The notes beneath the pieces were generated by a model. It did not search any database. It saw only the letters and a program-made list of their open reading frames with translations, and was not told where the DNA came from. The translations under genes and the position numbers were made by a program. DNA of 63,990 nt, filler included, from Octopus bimaculoides (Eukaryota): the NCBI RefSeq assembly GCF_001194135.2. It is 10 parts of 8 records of this genome, joined end to end, with 100 filler letters (N's around TTAATTAATTAA, not from the genome) between each part and the next. Parts side by side here need not be neighbours in the genome. Positions count along the whole stretch, not along the records: positions 1 to 12,880 come from NC_068989.1; positions 12,981 to 22,043 come from NC_068983.1; positions 22,144 to 32,553 come from NC_068982.1; 7 more parts are not named here. One strand, written 5' to 3'. Of the stretch, positions 12,188 to 25,480 are shown piece by piece (the stretch's first letter is position 1; each line of letters begins with the position of its first letter).

Positions 12188-12924
12188 ACATTCGCGTCCA
12201 GCAGAATAAATGTTTTAGAAATTGTCCAAGAAGTTTTGTAAGAAACCAAGGTTACACAATATATTAGCCAGGTTAGAAACTTTGATTTTGAAATACATGA
12301 CTTGAATGACCTTGTAGAAAAACGCAAAATGTGTTTTCAAGGTATATTTAAACAAAGCAAACCAAAATATACAATACTGAATCTCCATTTAACAGAACTA
12401 TTATTAGAAATAAGGCCGTCAAACTCAGTGATATAACAGTATTAAACAAAGTGTGACTTTTAACGTATGTTTGTTTCCGATAGCAGAACATATATGGTCT
12501 TATAAACGAGTATTACACAAAATATAGCCTTAAGTAAAAGTTAGAAACAAACATTTCTTGTCTTGTTTTGGCTGATAAGGCGTTACTATGAAAATCAACT
12601 ATTGGATAATTATCATTGCAAATATGAAAATTAATAAATAATTCGTTAGAGGATATATATCTAATTTGTAATGCGGAAAATTTCTTTAATGAATTTTATT
12701 CTGATGTCAGTAAATTGACATAACCTCAGATTTTTATATTCAACAGGCATTCGTGTTTTACAAGTCTCGAATATTTTGCCTCCGTGTACAGGAGAAGACC
12801 TGGTAGAGAATGACATAAACACGTAGTTGCACTATATATATTTAATATTTTCCCACAAAATCCACAGGTTGCATATATATNNNNNNNNNNNNNNNNNNNN
12901 NNNNNNNNNNNNNNNNNNNNNNNN

Positions 12925-12936
12925 TTAATTAATTAA
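12925..12936. other. Assembly gap linker TTAATTAATTAA (also 22088, 32598, 39039, 48472, 55993, 57982, 61068, 62209)
   Basis: Identical 12-mer nine times, each between N runs (44 N + 12 + 44 N = 100 bp where counted); contains stop codons in all six frames. Confidence 0.95.
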
Positions 12937-13519
12937 NNNNNNNNNNNNNNNNNNNNNNNNNNNNNNNNNNNNNNNNNNNNTATATATATATACATATACT
13001 ATATTAGCTAGGTATATAGATAGAGATAGAGGGAGAGAGAGATTAGTATATTTCTGTGTGGATGTGTTTATATGTGTTTCAACGTAAGTATACAATATTT
13101 GAAAAGTAATGGACTTAATTTTCTATATATACAAGTGCTTTTTGCAAGAGAAAGCGACGAATTAGAAAATGAATTACTGATTCAATAATCAATTTAAAAA
13201 AAAAATATTTACATTGTAGCTATATGTAATATCAATAATCCCAGTCACATATATATGAATGATTGTTCTTTATATTAAGTGATTGCATGATTAAAGTGAT
13301 TACATTATGTAATATATCCGAATTAGTATCTCAAATGCATTATCCTAAATGGGTACAAATATTGTATATTGATAACAGAACTACGGTTTCAAGATGATTA
13401 ACGTATTAATGATATTTGTAAGCAGCATATGTAATACCGTGATATTAATTAATATTCTTTATGTGTATGAATTTGTGTTGCAAGATTCCTGATATGAAAC
13501 CATGTGTTGAAACAGATGT

Positions 13520-13850
13520 TATATTTCGAGATGGTCAGTTTCTTTCAACTTTCATTTTTTTTTTTTGCCAAAAAAAACACACACACTATATATTCGTTCT
13601 CTACATGTTTATTACTGTTCTTATATTATCTCATATCCATTGTCCGGAAACCTTTGGAGAATAGATTAAGCAGAGCAGGAAAACAAAAGTGGACGAAAAG
13701 CGGTCCTCTCAAAAAGTCACATATATATGACGAAAGGTTTCCGGACAATGGACATAAGATAAAATTAGAACATTAATAAACGTGTGAAGAACGAATATAC
13801 AGGGCGTGTGCTTATTTGGCAGAAAAAAAAAATTACCATCTCGAAATATA
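13520..13850. mobile_element. Foldback/MITE-like element with ~120-bp inverted arms
   Basis: 13520-13655 (TATATTTCGAGATGGT...CCATTGTCCGGAAACCTTT) versus 13733-13850 (AAAGGTTTCCGGACAATGG...ACCATCTCGAAATATA); ~77-bp spacer. Confidence 0.8.
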
Positions 13851-15951
13851 GAAATTAATATTCTACTGTTTTATAGAACGTAAAGTGATTTTTTGGTTCA
13901 CTGAAGCGGAGAAACAAATATTTCAAATATTAGTAAAGATGGTTTCATCTGTTATGAGTATGCGCTGTATATTATGAGTTCTTGAATTGGAGTTTTACAC
14001 GCTGAAGAGACAAACACTCACCAGCATACACAGGGTAGAGAAAAGACCGCATACAGAAGCAAATATTTCACACGCGTATCCAAATATGACATAAGTTGAT
14101 GAAAATCATATTACAGCCACAACGACCAATACTACTACTATTATTACAAATGAAAATACTATTAATATTCCTGGGTTATTTTGGTCAAAAAACAGCTCTG
14201 AAAACGACGGGAACAATGATATACCGTTGGTTTAGACTATGTAAGCCAAAATGTAAGCAAAAAAGAGAACATTAAAATAAAATAGAATTACAAAACGAAG
14301 AAAATCCCTTTAGATTCCAAGTGACCTCCATATAGCGCTACTCGTGGATACTACACAAAACCTTGTTCAGCTTATCCATTGACGCGGATGCTTTCAAACT
14401 ACTGCCTTTCCAGTCTGAAAAGCATGTTCAGGCCTGACCATCGGGCCAAGTAGGTCTTTATTTCCAATCCTTCCAATGCGGTTCACTTTTCATGTTCGCC
14501 AAAGCCCCAAGCTGATAAAAAAAAACTACGTCTACACCTCGTTAGTAGTCAGGACAAAAATGCTTCGGAGCAATTGTTCTGGCTTCCCAATTGAAATCCT
14601 GCTGAGCACAATTTTACCTTCCACCATGTAGTGGTTGATAAAATAAAATACTAGTGAAATACCATAATCAATGTAATTAACTTATTCCCTTCTTTAAAAA
14701 TCGCTGCCCTTCTTTATTAATTAAATAGAATTTTTATAATCGTTTTACTTCTTATAATCATCAATATCAACATCATCATTGCCACCACCACTACCACTAC
14801 CAAAATATCACCACCACCGCCATTATCATCATCATTTTCCTCATTCTTTCTACTTTTGTTGTTAATTTTACAAAGGAAGGTAATTCTGTTATTTGTCTAT
14901 AAATATTTTACCGAGACTATAAGTTTATATCACAGTAGAAAATTCAAAGCTGTTGAAAACTCTGCACCTGTGCTATAACGGCTTGCCCCGTGATAAATCT
15001 AAATCCATCAAATGAATATGTCAATAGCAATATAATGGATAGTTGATTCATACTCTGCACGATGGATTCAACCATCTCAAAATGAATGACTAATGAGAAA
15101 TCTTAGCGACAAAGTTTCGTTTTATGCGTAAAGAAGGAGATGTTGCGGAAAATATTTTTATTCCTAACACTTCTGTACAGTAAATTGCTATAATCGTTTT
15201 ATTATTACGATAGTTAAGTTCTAAGTCTGCAATGACTTCTAGAAATTTGTCCATGAATTCACACCTCATTTTCAGTAATATTTCGAAAATTACTATTCTT
15301 TCTTAATCAAGAAACGAGCGTTAGTGAAAAATTAAATAGAAAATAGCTGCTTTTACAGCTCAAATTTAATATGTTTTCATAATATTTTGTTTCTATATTT
15401 GATAACATAATTGAATCATAAAACATACTTCAGTCATAGAGTAAAATAACACGGAACACAATTTGTTATTTGTTTAAATGGACAATTATGAGAAAGGTCT
15501 CATTATCCATTAGAAAAATGGCTATATATGTCATTGCGATAATTAAGACTGCGATTTACATTTTTTTATGCAGGTTGCAAATAATGAACTCTGTCTACAT
15601 ATGTAGGTATTTGTACGGGTACATATTTTGTAAACAAGAGAGAGGGGATATGAACAATGTATAGGCGCGATATTATGTGAAGTATAATAGATGATAAACG
15701 ATTTAATATTGTTTAATTTTATTTTATATTTGCTTGATCTTTTAATTGATTTTTAATCTCAGATAAAATGATTCAACAAACATCTTCATCGAGAGTATTA
15801 GAATGATATTTTGAATCGCTGTTCTTCACTATTCAAATTAATGCAATGTTCCCTTTTTGCTAACGATTCCGGTTGTGACATGAAGGAAAATCGGTGTATA
15901 CTTGTTGGCGCTGAGGTGTACACACACTTTCACTCACTCACACACACACAC

Positions 15952-15993
<42 letters not shown>

Positions 15994-16050
15994 ACACGCA
16001 CACACACGCACACACACACACACACAAACATACACATGCGCGTGCATATA

Positions 16051-16878
16051 CAAAGTTTTGTGAATAAACTATGGTCTAAATTACGCAAATATGAAAATAA
16101 CACTGACATCTCATTTTAACAGATATTTAGCAAAATTACATTAAAATATCTTGAAATACAAAAGAATAAACTTATTCAATAACATCGCCATTAATTTTAA
16201 GCACAGATTTCAGATGACTTCGGAATTTCCTGCAACTCTCTTGAATGGTCTCCTTCTTTAAGCTAGTGAATGCTGCCCTAATCCTTGCCTTCAGTTCATC
16301 TTTGGTGTTAGAACGAGTTATTTTCGTCTCTTGCCGAACTACACCCTACACATAATGATCAAGGAGGTTGCAGTCATGGCAGATGTTAGGAATGATGTGG
16401 TCCCAAAATTTGCCTGACAGCCCGGATTGAGGCCTTCTGTTCCTGTGGTATGGTGCAGATTCCTCTTGCTAGATATAGGGTCTTCCAGTTATCACCTTCT
16501 TGAATCAGGACCGCACTAACTCCTCCAGACACTTGATGTTGGCCTCCGTGTTGAATGTGAGGCCGTGTGAGAAGACGAATAGAGACATGATGTCGCCAAA
16601 CACAATGATGTTGACTGGATGATAGAGTTTTATCACTTTCGGAACATGTCCTCAAATTGCACTGTCCTCAGATTGTCACCCAAAAAGTCTGAAATGTTCG
16701 TGTTGGAGCCAAGAAGTACAGCATGTCGTTTTCAAATTTCTTGCAGAGTGAAATGCGTCATACTATTTTTTTCTCACAAACGGTAAGAAAGTGATCCTAC
16801 TGTCTAGTCAACAATCGCAAAAACAATCAACACGCTTGAGCGAAATTAAAAATATAACAATTCACCCATCGCACCCTA
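16051..16878 (-). mobile_element. maT (DD37D-type) Tc1/mariner transposon, internally deleted and pseudogenised
   Basis: Minus-strand translation from ATG at 16761: MTHFTLQEI*KRHAVLLGSNTNISDFLGDNLRTVQ, then HPVNIIVFG...NTEANIKCLEE...GRPYI*QEESAPYH...DCNLLDHYV*GVV...NTKDELKARIRAAF...NGDVIE* (stop 16172-16174). TIR-like AGGGTGCGATGGGTGAATTG at the right end; left TIR degenerate. Confidence 0.9.
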
Positions 16879-17812
16879 CATATACATGTGTTTGTGCGTG
16901 TGCGTGTGCATGTGCATGTGTATGTGTGTGTGGATGTGCGCGTGTCTGTATGTATTATTTGTGTGTTTGTGAGTGTGCGTGTGTACGCCTCTGCGCCAAC
17001 AAATTCTCTTCTAAAGTATATCACCGTCGAGTTAATTAGGGATTCCTTAACGACTATGTAACCTTTATTTAACGAAGATATCTTCGGTATCATGAGTAGA
17101 TAATGGCGACAAAAATTAACCCAATATTGATTGCATGCGAATCTTTCATAATTAGCTATCTTCAAACTCGTACACTAGATCAGCCATGGATCTCGTTTCC
17201 ATAGCAAATATAGTGTTTCGGTCTAATTTTGGATGATAATTAATTTGCAGCTATTATGTTTGAATATTTGCTCATCTTATTGTTAAATCGAATTCTAATT
17301 TTCAATGACACGTATTTTGATAGTTATGAATCTTCTTTACTGGAGAGGCCACGTCAGTTAATAAATGTGAATTAATTAATTTTGATGCAACGTAATTTCT
17401 ACAGAGTTTTTTTTTACCCCCTCAATATGCATTTGTTAACACTTGAAAAGTCATTGTCAAAACCTGAATTATAAGATGCACATGTTTCTCGCTCTTCTCG
17501 TGCATGACAATATGTGTGTGTGGGTGTGTGTGCGCACGCACGTGTGCGTATATGTGTGTGTGAGTGCAAGTGTGCATGCTTGTGTCTGTGAGCGTATGTA
17601 CTTGTGTTTCTGCGAGTGTACACACATATATGTTTATATAATGCCTAATAGATTTAGGATATGAACCTATGATATGATTCCAGTATTCTTGTTGAGACTT
17701 CCTTCCTGATGTTCCCTAAATACGTGGAAATGAGGTAGAAAAGCTGAATGTCTGGTTCTCTTTATGGGAATCCTATACTTCTGCATAATTGCATACACTC
17801 ATTCATAATACA

Positions 17813-18284
17813 GGCGCAGGAGTGGCTATGTGGTAAGTAGCTTGCTTACGAACCACATGCTTGCAGGTTCAGTCCCACTGCGTGGCACCTTGGGAATTTG
17901 TCTTCTACTACATAGCCTCAGGCCGACCAAAGCCTTGTGAGTAGATTTGGCAGACAGAAACTGAAAGAAGCCCGTCGTATGTATATATATATATATATAT
18001 AGATAGATAGATAGATAGATAGAAAGATATGTTTGTATTTATGTATGTGTGTGTATATCTTTGTGTGTCTCTGTTTACCCCCCCCCCCCNNNNNNNNNNN
18101 NNNNNNNNNNNNNNNNNNNNNNNNNNNNNNNNNNNNNNNNNNNNNNNNNNNNNNNNNNNNNNNGGCCGATAGAATAAGTACCAGGCTTACAAAGATTAAG
18201 TCGTGGGGTCGATTTGCTCGACTAAAGGTGGTGCTCCTGCATGGCCACAGTCAAATGACTGAAACAAGTAAAAGAGTAAAAGAG
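17813..18284 (+). mobile_element. SINE family A, full length (gap inside)
   Basis: GGCGCAGGAGTGGCTATGTGGTAAGTAGCTTG head with A/B-box-like motifs; tail ends GACTGAAACAAGTAAAAGAGTAAAAGAG. Confidence 0.95.
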
Positions 18285-19507
18285 CAATACATCTAGATTG
18301 AAAACATGCGTCATTTATAAGTATATGCATGTAAGCGAGTGTGTGTGCCTGTGTGTGCGTGCCACTGTGTATGTACGTATACATGTGTGTATGTGTGTGT
18401 GCGTGTTCTGTGTATGTGCACATACGCATTTACAAGCATCATTATTTTTTCTTTTAATATATATGCTTCAGAATATATCATCCTACGTTATGCTATATCA
18501 TTACGTTCACATTTGCTTTTGTCTTTTTATATGTTATATATGGTAGCTGCAATGGCGACTACCACAGGACATGGCATCATTGTTTACGTTCTGATGCACC
18601 ATAGCGTAGAAATATACAGTGTATGCATGTAGAAGAGTGTTTATACATACACACCCCGCATTTATATGCATGTACTGTATGTATATAGGTTTGTATGTTT
18701 GAATGTATGTATGTATATATTTATCTATATTTAAGCTTGCATGAATGTACAGCCATGGCTGATTTCTTTTGACGTTGTTCGAGCTTTTCATATTGCTGTA
18801 GAACAATGTCCAAAACTTAATATTTTACTAAATTTTATGTCGGGTATTGTAACAACATTGTAAAGAAATATATTTAATACAATTTGGAAGAGTAAACAAC
18901 TTGAAAATATTTATTGATTGAATTGATTAAAAACAGATATTAGCTCATACTGAAATCAATGGAGCACAATCTCAAATATCAAACAGCATATAAATTTATT
19001 TTCTACCGTAAGCATAACAGATACAGCTCGGAAATTATTCTAATGCGTAAATATTAACGTAATTTTAGCGTATGCAATGCCGCTCTACCCACAGATGCAT
19101 ATACTTGTTCGTGTGCGCATGCACGTGAATATTTATGCGTTGGTGTATATGTACATGAGATGATGAAATATGGCAATACACAGAATTCGAATACCTACGA
19201 TGTGGAATGAAAATAGACGCCATAGCTTCTTTTAATCCTATTACAAAATGGAAAAATTAAAATCAAGGAGTTTCCTTGAACAAAGACAGTTTTTAGACAC
19301 ATTTCTAGAAACTACTTATATAAGAATCGACATTCAAATTAGGCGGAGACTTTTATAGGAATGAAAATACCTTAAACAAGGGGCTGTCTTCCTAAAACTG
19401 GATGCAAGAATAGTATATGAATATGTGTGTGTGTGTATGGATTTATGTGTGTATTTATTCTTAAGCGAACATATTGATGACTGTGATGTCGAAGAATAGG
19501 CCAGATA

Positions 19508-19793
19508 TGTCACCTTAATAACACGCACTAAGGTAGTGTGATGTATTTACCACGGAACGGGGTAGACACCAACTCACTCCACTTATTTTGTTCCCAAAAA
19601 CTCTGCCAACACATGTAACCAATCCAAAAGAACTCCCAACGAACTCTAACAATTTCTTAACAATTTCCTGCGACTCCACGAACTCACAAACTACACATTC
19701 GACTTTCTGTGATTTCTCCTCTCCCATTTGAGATTTGACTTTTGTGGGAAGTGCAACTTGTTTACTAAATTGTATTCTATTTTATTTCCATCA
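19508..19793 (-). mobile_element. Probable 3' LTR of the Gypsy element
   Basis: On the minus strand a polypurine tract AAAATAAAAGAGAGG is followed by TGATGGAAAT... and the segment ends ...TAAGGTGACA (TG...CA), 286 bp, downstream of the integrase stop. Confidence 0.6.
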
Positions 19794-19963
19794 CCTCTCT
19801 TTTATTTTGTGATTTTAATTTCATCAGAAGTTCTAATACTTTTTTCGCCTACGGACTATTTCTAGTTTTTATATTTGTTAACGTTTTCTATTGCTGATGC
19901 GCTTAAGCCCAACCTCTTTTGACGTTGCAGTATTGAACTGTCATAAAACACTGCCATCGTTAG

Positions 19964-20750
19964 TTATTGTCTATCTTCGGTATGCTTAGTCTTCAACTGG
20001 TTCAAATGTCGTTTGTGCTCTCCTATTTGACATTTTATTATGTACACTGTTCTACCTATTGTTTTTGTCAGAATACCCTCCTCACAGCCTTGTCTTTCAT
20101 TCTTATATATTTTGAAAGGAACTTTATCTCCCACAACAAAATACAATGTTGTGTTCCTTCCGAATAAGACATTTTCTCTCGTTAACAATTTCTCAGAAAT
20201 TGTTTTTATCTTTCGGACAAAAATCATCTCTGCGGGCGACTTGCCTGAACAGGTGTTCGAGTTAGGTGTTACCCTGCAAACCTTTAAGAATTGGGTTAGT
20301 GCTGTATCATTGATTAATTAATTTCGTGACTTGTTAGTGCTGGGTTAAATGTGTCTACGAAACCTTTCTGTTTGTCCATTTGATCTCAGGTTGTACGGCG
20401 GGTTTGATACATATCTCCTAGAGGAATTTTAAAATTCGTACCACGAAAACTGCGTTCCGATTTCCGATACTATGGTGTTTGGGGCACGTTATCACTCAAC
20501 ATGTTCGCGAAAGAGCAGTATTGTTACCGAGGTTGGTTGCCTGTATTTACATATCTACGACCACTTGGTATCGCTGTCTATTATATCAGATAAATCACGC
20601 CTTTTACAGACCCAGCAAAAGCTCTACGTAACCTGGTTCATGGATTATCTGTCTAGTGCCATGACTGGAATTCTACCGGTAGCACTTTGCTGCAAGAGCA
20701 CAATTTCTGCAGGATTTCACTAATTGTTCAATATCACGATCCATAGTAAG
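19964..20750 (-). mobile_element. Gypsy LTR-retrotransposon integrase remnant
   Basis: Frameshifted translation: MDRDIEQLVKSCRNCALAAK (zinc-binding CxxC), ...IDSDTKWS..., APNTIVSEIGTQF (DNG-like), PPYNLRSNGQTERF, SGKSPAEMIF, C-terminal GDKVPFKIYK...HKRHLNQL. Confidence 0.92.
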
Positions 20751-21278
20751 CCGTTGAACGTAACTCCTCATAATTGATTTCCTCATTGAGGAACTAGTAT
20801 GATAGCACACCGACTAAATAATAATAACAATAATAGCATGATATTATTATTATTATTATTATTGTTGTTGTTTTTGTTGTTGTTGTTGTTGTTTTTCTTT
20901 AAATTTTCTTGCATTTCTCGGCAAGTGTTTTTCGTACACCTAGGGCAATGTAGCTCATCGTATGCATTCCCAGTTTACACACGCAAATTCACAAGTGAAA
21001 TATGTCTTAAAACAAAAATTAATATGTATTAAAAACATACATAAATTCATGGATGGATGTTGTTTTCACAGCGATAATGCTCTTCTCAGTACATGAGTCG
21101 TTCTAGTTAACACGATTGTTTGCACTTCCTGCAGGGATGGAAAATCTGGTATCATTTTCAAATAGGTTTCAGTACCTTTTTTATCGTTCCTAGAGATCCT
21201 ATAATCACTAGTACGGTAGTAGCCTAGAAGTGCCACATTTTTTCAATTTCTATTAGCAAGTCTTTATATTTACTGCTC

Positions 21279-21385
<107 letters not shown>

Positions 21386-21414
21386 AAACTATAACAATAA
21401 TAATCTCTTGTAAA

Positions 21415-21590
21415 GGCACAAAGCCTTAAAAGTTGGGGGTGAGGACTTGTCGACTACATAGTCCCGAATGTCCAACAGGTACGTATGTTGTCGACCGTGA
21501 AAAGGATGTAAAGTGAAGGCGACCTCCGCAGAATTTAAGCTCAGAACGAAGGACCGGGCGAAATACCACTAAGCATTTCCTCCATTGCGC
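21415..21590 (-). mobile_element. SINE family B
   Basis: AAGGATGTAAAGTGAAGGCGACCTCCGCAGAATTTAAGCTCAGAACG...AAGCATTTCC is the reverse complement of the family B body. Confidence 0.8.
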
Positions 21591-21672
21591 CAACGTATCT
21601 TCCATTTCCAATCATAATAATAATAATAATAATTACTATTATTATTATACTAATAATAATAATGCAATACTT

Positions 21673-21939
21673 ATAGAATGTTTGAACGTATTTGATCTTG
21701 CGTCGAATGTTGAGCGATACCTTGGTAAAAATATGGCGAAGTGGAGCACCGAAGTGACAGCGCATGGAAGAAATTTAGCGACAACAGAAATCAGGAGAAG
21801 CATATTCCAAGGGGCCTGCCTGTCCCCACTGATCTTTGTACTGTGCATGATACCACTAACACTGATTCTGAGGAAAGCAATGGATGGTTATGTATTTAAA
21901 AGATGCCAACAAAAATTTAATCACTTGTTATTTATGGAT
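21673..21939 (+). mobile_element. R4/Dong-clade non-LTR retrotransposon RT fragment
   Basis: IECLNVFDLASNVERYLGKNMAKW...IRRSIFQGACLSPLIFVLCMIPLTLILRK...GYVF...KFNHLLFMD matches R4/Dong RT motifs (RGIFQGDSLSPLLF; INHLLFMDD). Truncated at the catalytic FMDD. Confidence 0.88.
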
Positions 21940-21951
21940 TATCCATTTCTT

Positions 21952-21998
21952 CAACTAAAAGGCGGTGCTCCAACATGGCCACAGTCAAGTGACTGAAA
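21952..21998 (+). mobile_element. SINE family A terminal tail fragment
   Basis: CAACTAAAAGGCGGTGCTCCAACATGGCCACAGTCAAGTGACTGAAA matches the family A 3' end. Confidence 0.8.
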
Positions 21999-22143
21999 AA
22001 AAAGAATAAAGATAAAGAATATATATATAAACACGCAGACACANNNNNNNNNNNNNNNNNNNNNNNNNNNNNNNNNNNNNNNNNNNNTTAATTAATTAAN
22101 NNNNNNNNNNNNNNNNNNNNNNNNNNNNNNNNNNNNNNNNNNN

Positions 22144-22162
22144 TATATATATATATATATAG

Positions 22163-22193
<31 letters not shown>

Positions 22194-22502
22194 CATATAT
22201 ATGTAGTATATAAGTAATGGATATCTATATAGAGAGAGAGGGGGAGAGACAAACAGACAGAGAGACAGACGGATATAGAGAGACATACACATACCGATAC
22301 ATATATATCGGCGTATGTGAGTGAGCTGTAATGTGTATATATTAGTGTGTGTATATATATATATATGTATATAGATATATATATATATGTATATATATGT
22401 ATAGATATATATATATGTATATATATGTAAAGATATATGTATATATATGTATATATATATATATGTATGTATATAGATATATATGTATATAGATATATAT
22501 GT

Positions 22503-22538
<36 letters not shown>

Positions 22539-22905
22539 GTATGTATATATAAGTATGTATATATACGTATATATATATATATATGTGTATATATGTATAT
22601 ATATATTTATGTATATATATGTGTATATATGTATATATATATATTTATGTATATATATGTGTATATATGTATATATATATATTTATGTATATATATGTAT
22701 ATTTATATGTATATATATATGTGTATATATGTATATATATATATATATGTATATATTTATATATGTATACGTATACATATTTATATATATATAAACATGC
22801 AGGTATATATATTATATTTATATATGCGTACATATATGTATATGTACATATATATATATATATGTGTGTGTGTATATATATGTGTGTGCGTGTGTGTGTG
22901 TGTGT
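22144..22905. repeat. Compound (TA)n/(TG)n microsatellite field
   Basis: Mostly TATATG/TATA units; source of the YIYV-type ORFs. Confidence 0.95.
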
Positions 22906-24097
22906 GGGGGATTTTGTAGTTTGTGTATAGATGTACATGTGTGTTTTTCGCGTATATTCGTAAGAGCTGTTTGTGTCTATGCCACCCGTTTACAAGCAAT
23001 TGCAATATTGACGCTACTCAGAAAATTATAGTTTTCATATTAAGATTGCTTTACTATTCTCTGTGTTTTTTGTTTGGTTGGATATTTTTTTTTTGGCTCA
23101 GTTTGAGCATTTTTTCTATGTTTTTATTTATTTCATTCCTCGTTTTCAGTTAAGTTATATTCACTTAGGAAAGTATATATTACACAATTCACGAATTAAA
23201 GCTTGGTTATCTAAAACTATTTTCTTAGCCACAAAGGTCTATATAGTTGATAGAATGGAAAAATGGTAGATTTATTGTTCCAATCAGAGGGAAATTCTGT
23301 TTGAAATGATGTACAAACCGGAAGATATTTATAACAGTATATGAATAATTTCCCCAAAAAATTCCTACAAATTTTCATCGAATTCAACAGATCTACAAAG
23401 GCAACTTGGGAAATATAATAAGACAGCCACTTTACTATCTTCGTGTGTTACTGTAACCTCTTTTCCTTTTATCACAAAAATGCTTGCACAGATTTTTTCC
23501 ACTACAACACACACACACTCACACACACACTCACACACACACACACTCACACACAGTCACACACACACATATATATATATATATATANNNNNNNNNNNNN
23601 NNNNNNNNNNNNNNNNNNNNNNNNNNNNNNNNNNNNNNNNNNNNNNNNNNNNNNNNNNNNNNNNNNNNNNNNNNNNNNNNNNNNNNNNNNNNNNNNNNNN
23701 NNNNNNNNNNNNNNNNNNNNNNNNNNNNNNNNNNNNNNNNNNNNNNNNNNNNNNNNNNNNNNNNNNNNNNNNNNNNNNNNNNNNNNNNNNNNNNNNNNNN
23801 NNNNNNNNNNNNNNNNNNNNNNNNNNNNNNNNNNNNNNNNNNNNNNNNNNNNNNNNNNNNNNNNNNNNNNNNNNNNNNNNNNNNNNNNNNNNNNNNNNNN
23901 NNNNNNNNNNNNNNNNNNNNNNNNNNNNNNNNNNNNNNNNNNNNNNNNNNNNNNNNNNNNNNNNNNNNNNNNNNNNNNNNNNNNNNNNNNNNNNNNNNNN
24001 NNNNNNNNNNNNNNNNNNNNNNNNNNNNNNNNNNNNNNNNNNNNNNNNNNNNNNNNNNNNNNNNNATATATATGTATATATATATGCATATATATAG

Positions 24098-24138
<41 letters not shown>

Positions 24139-25189
24139 TAGTATACATGTATGCACGCAAATATATACACGCTCACACACTCATATACACATCTATACAC
24201 AAACATAAATACATATGTGCCTGTACCTATTCTCTTTGAAGTATGTGTTTGCAGAAAGAAAGAATACCTGAAAGTGATCAGCCAGACTTGCTCCGAGATT
24301 GCAGTTTTGTAGGAATATTGTCTAAGACGAAATAACTCAAATATTATCAAGCAATTGATGCGTATCACCTCACTGGCGGCAACAACAGATAATAGTGTCT
24401 TTGTTTGGGTTTTTTGCTTTGCATTCGCGTTTCTTTTTTGTAATTGTGTATTCGGTTACTCAGGTGGGAAAATCCGTGCGTCGTACAAATCTGAATATAA
24501 GAAATCTTTCCAACACCTGGGGCTACAGGATTAGTAGAGATGGTTGATGCAATTTTGGTAATTGTAGCGAGGGTATGAATATTCTCCTGTATGCACATAT
24601 ACATATGCATAAATAGGTATATGTATAAACATATATATATATATATATATANNNNNNNNNNNNNNNNNNNNNNNNNNNNNNNNNNNNNNNNNNNNNNNNN
24701 NNNNNNNNNNNNNNNNNNNNNNNNNNNNNNNNNNNNNNNNNNNNNNNNNNNNNNNNNNNNNNNNNNNNNNNNNNNNNNNNNNNNNNNNNNNNNNNNNNNN
24801 NNNNNNNNNNNNNNNNNNNNNNNNNNNNNNNNNNNNNNNNNNNNNNNNNNNNNNNNNNNNNNNNNNNNNNNNNNNNNNNNNNNNNNNNNNNNNNNNNNNN
24901 NNNNNNNNNNNNNNNNNNNNNNNNNNNNNNNNNNNNNNNNNNNNNNNNNNNNNNNNNNNNNNNNNNNNNNNNNNNNNNNNNNNNNNNNNNNNNNNNNNNN
25001 NNNNNNNNNNNNNNNNNNNNNNNNNNNNNNNNNNNNNNNNNNNNNNNNNNNNNNNNNNNNNNNNNNNNNNNNNNNNNNNNNNNTATATATATGCAACCAC
25101 ACACTTGGAAGAGGATGCGTCGCGTTCGATTAAATGATATATAAAATATATATGTGTGAGTGCGTGCGTGCGTGTGTGTGTGTGTACAC

Positions 25190-25480
25190 ATGCATATATG
25201 GGTACATGACGTCACCAACTGTGCAAATAACATGAAATACGTAAACAAACAGGGGAAAACGTGTAAAAGCGTAAACAAGAAAAAAATGGAAAACAGTACA
25301 ATGAAACACAGAGAAAGGACCCTTCATCAGTTGTCAGCTGTCTAAATACTCCTCATTTCGAGCATTCAATAACAATGTGAGTCTTCTACGATAGTTGCTC
25401 CCATAAATTCTGAAATAAAATTTAGTATTTATGGGGAATCAAATTTGGGGGGGAAAATGACAGTGGAGACATACCAGGAA
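25190..25480 (-). mobile_element. Possible PLE terminal-repeat-like remnant
   Basis: Minus strand has TGCTCGAAATGAGGAGTATTTAGACAGCTGACAACTGATGAAGGG followed by a T-rich tract, recalling PLE terminal repeats. No coding support. Confidence 0.3.

Noticed and set aside
17195-17208. RFX X-box-like GTTTCCATAGCAAA
   Set aside because: One mismatch to the consensus end, no nearby gene identified; expected by chance at this window size.
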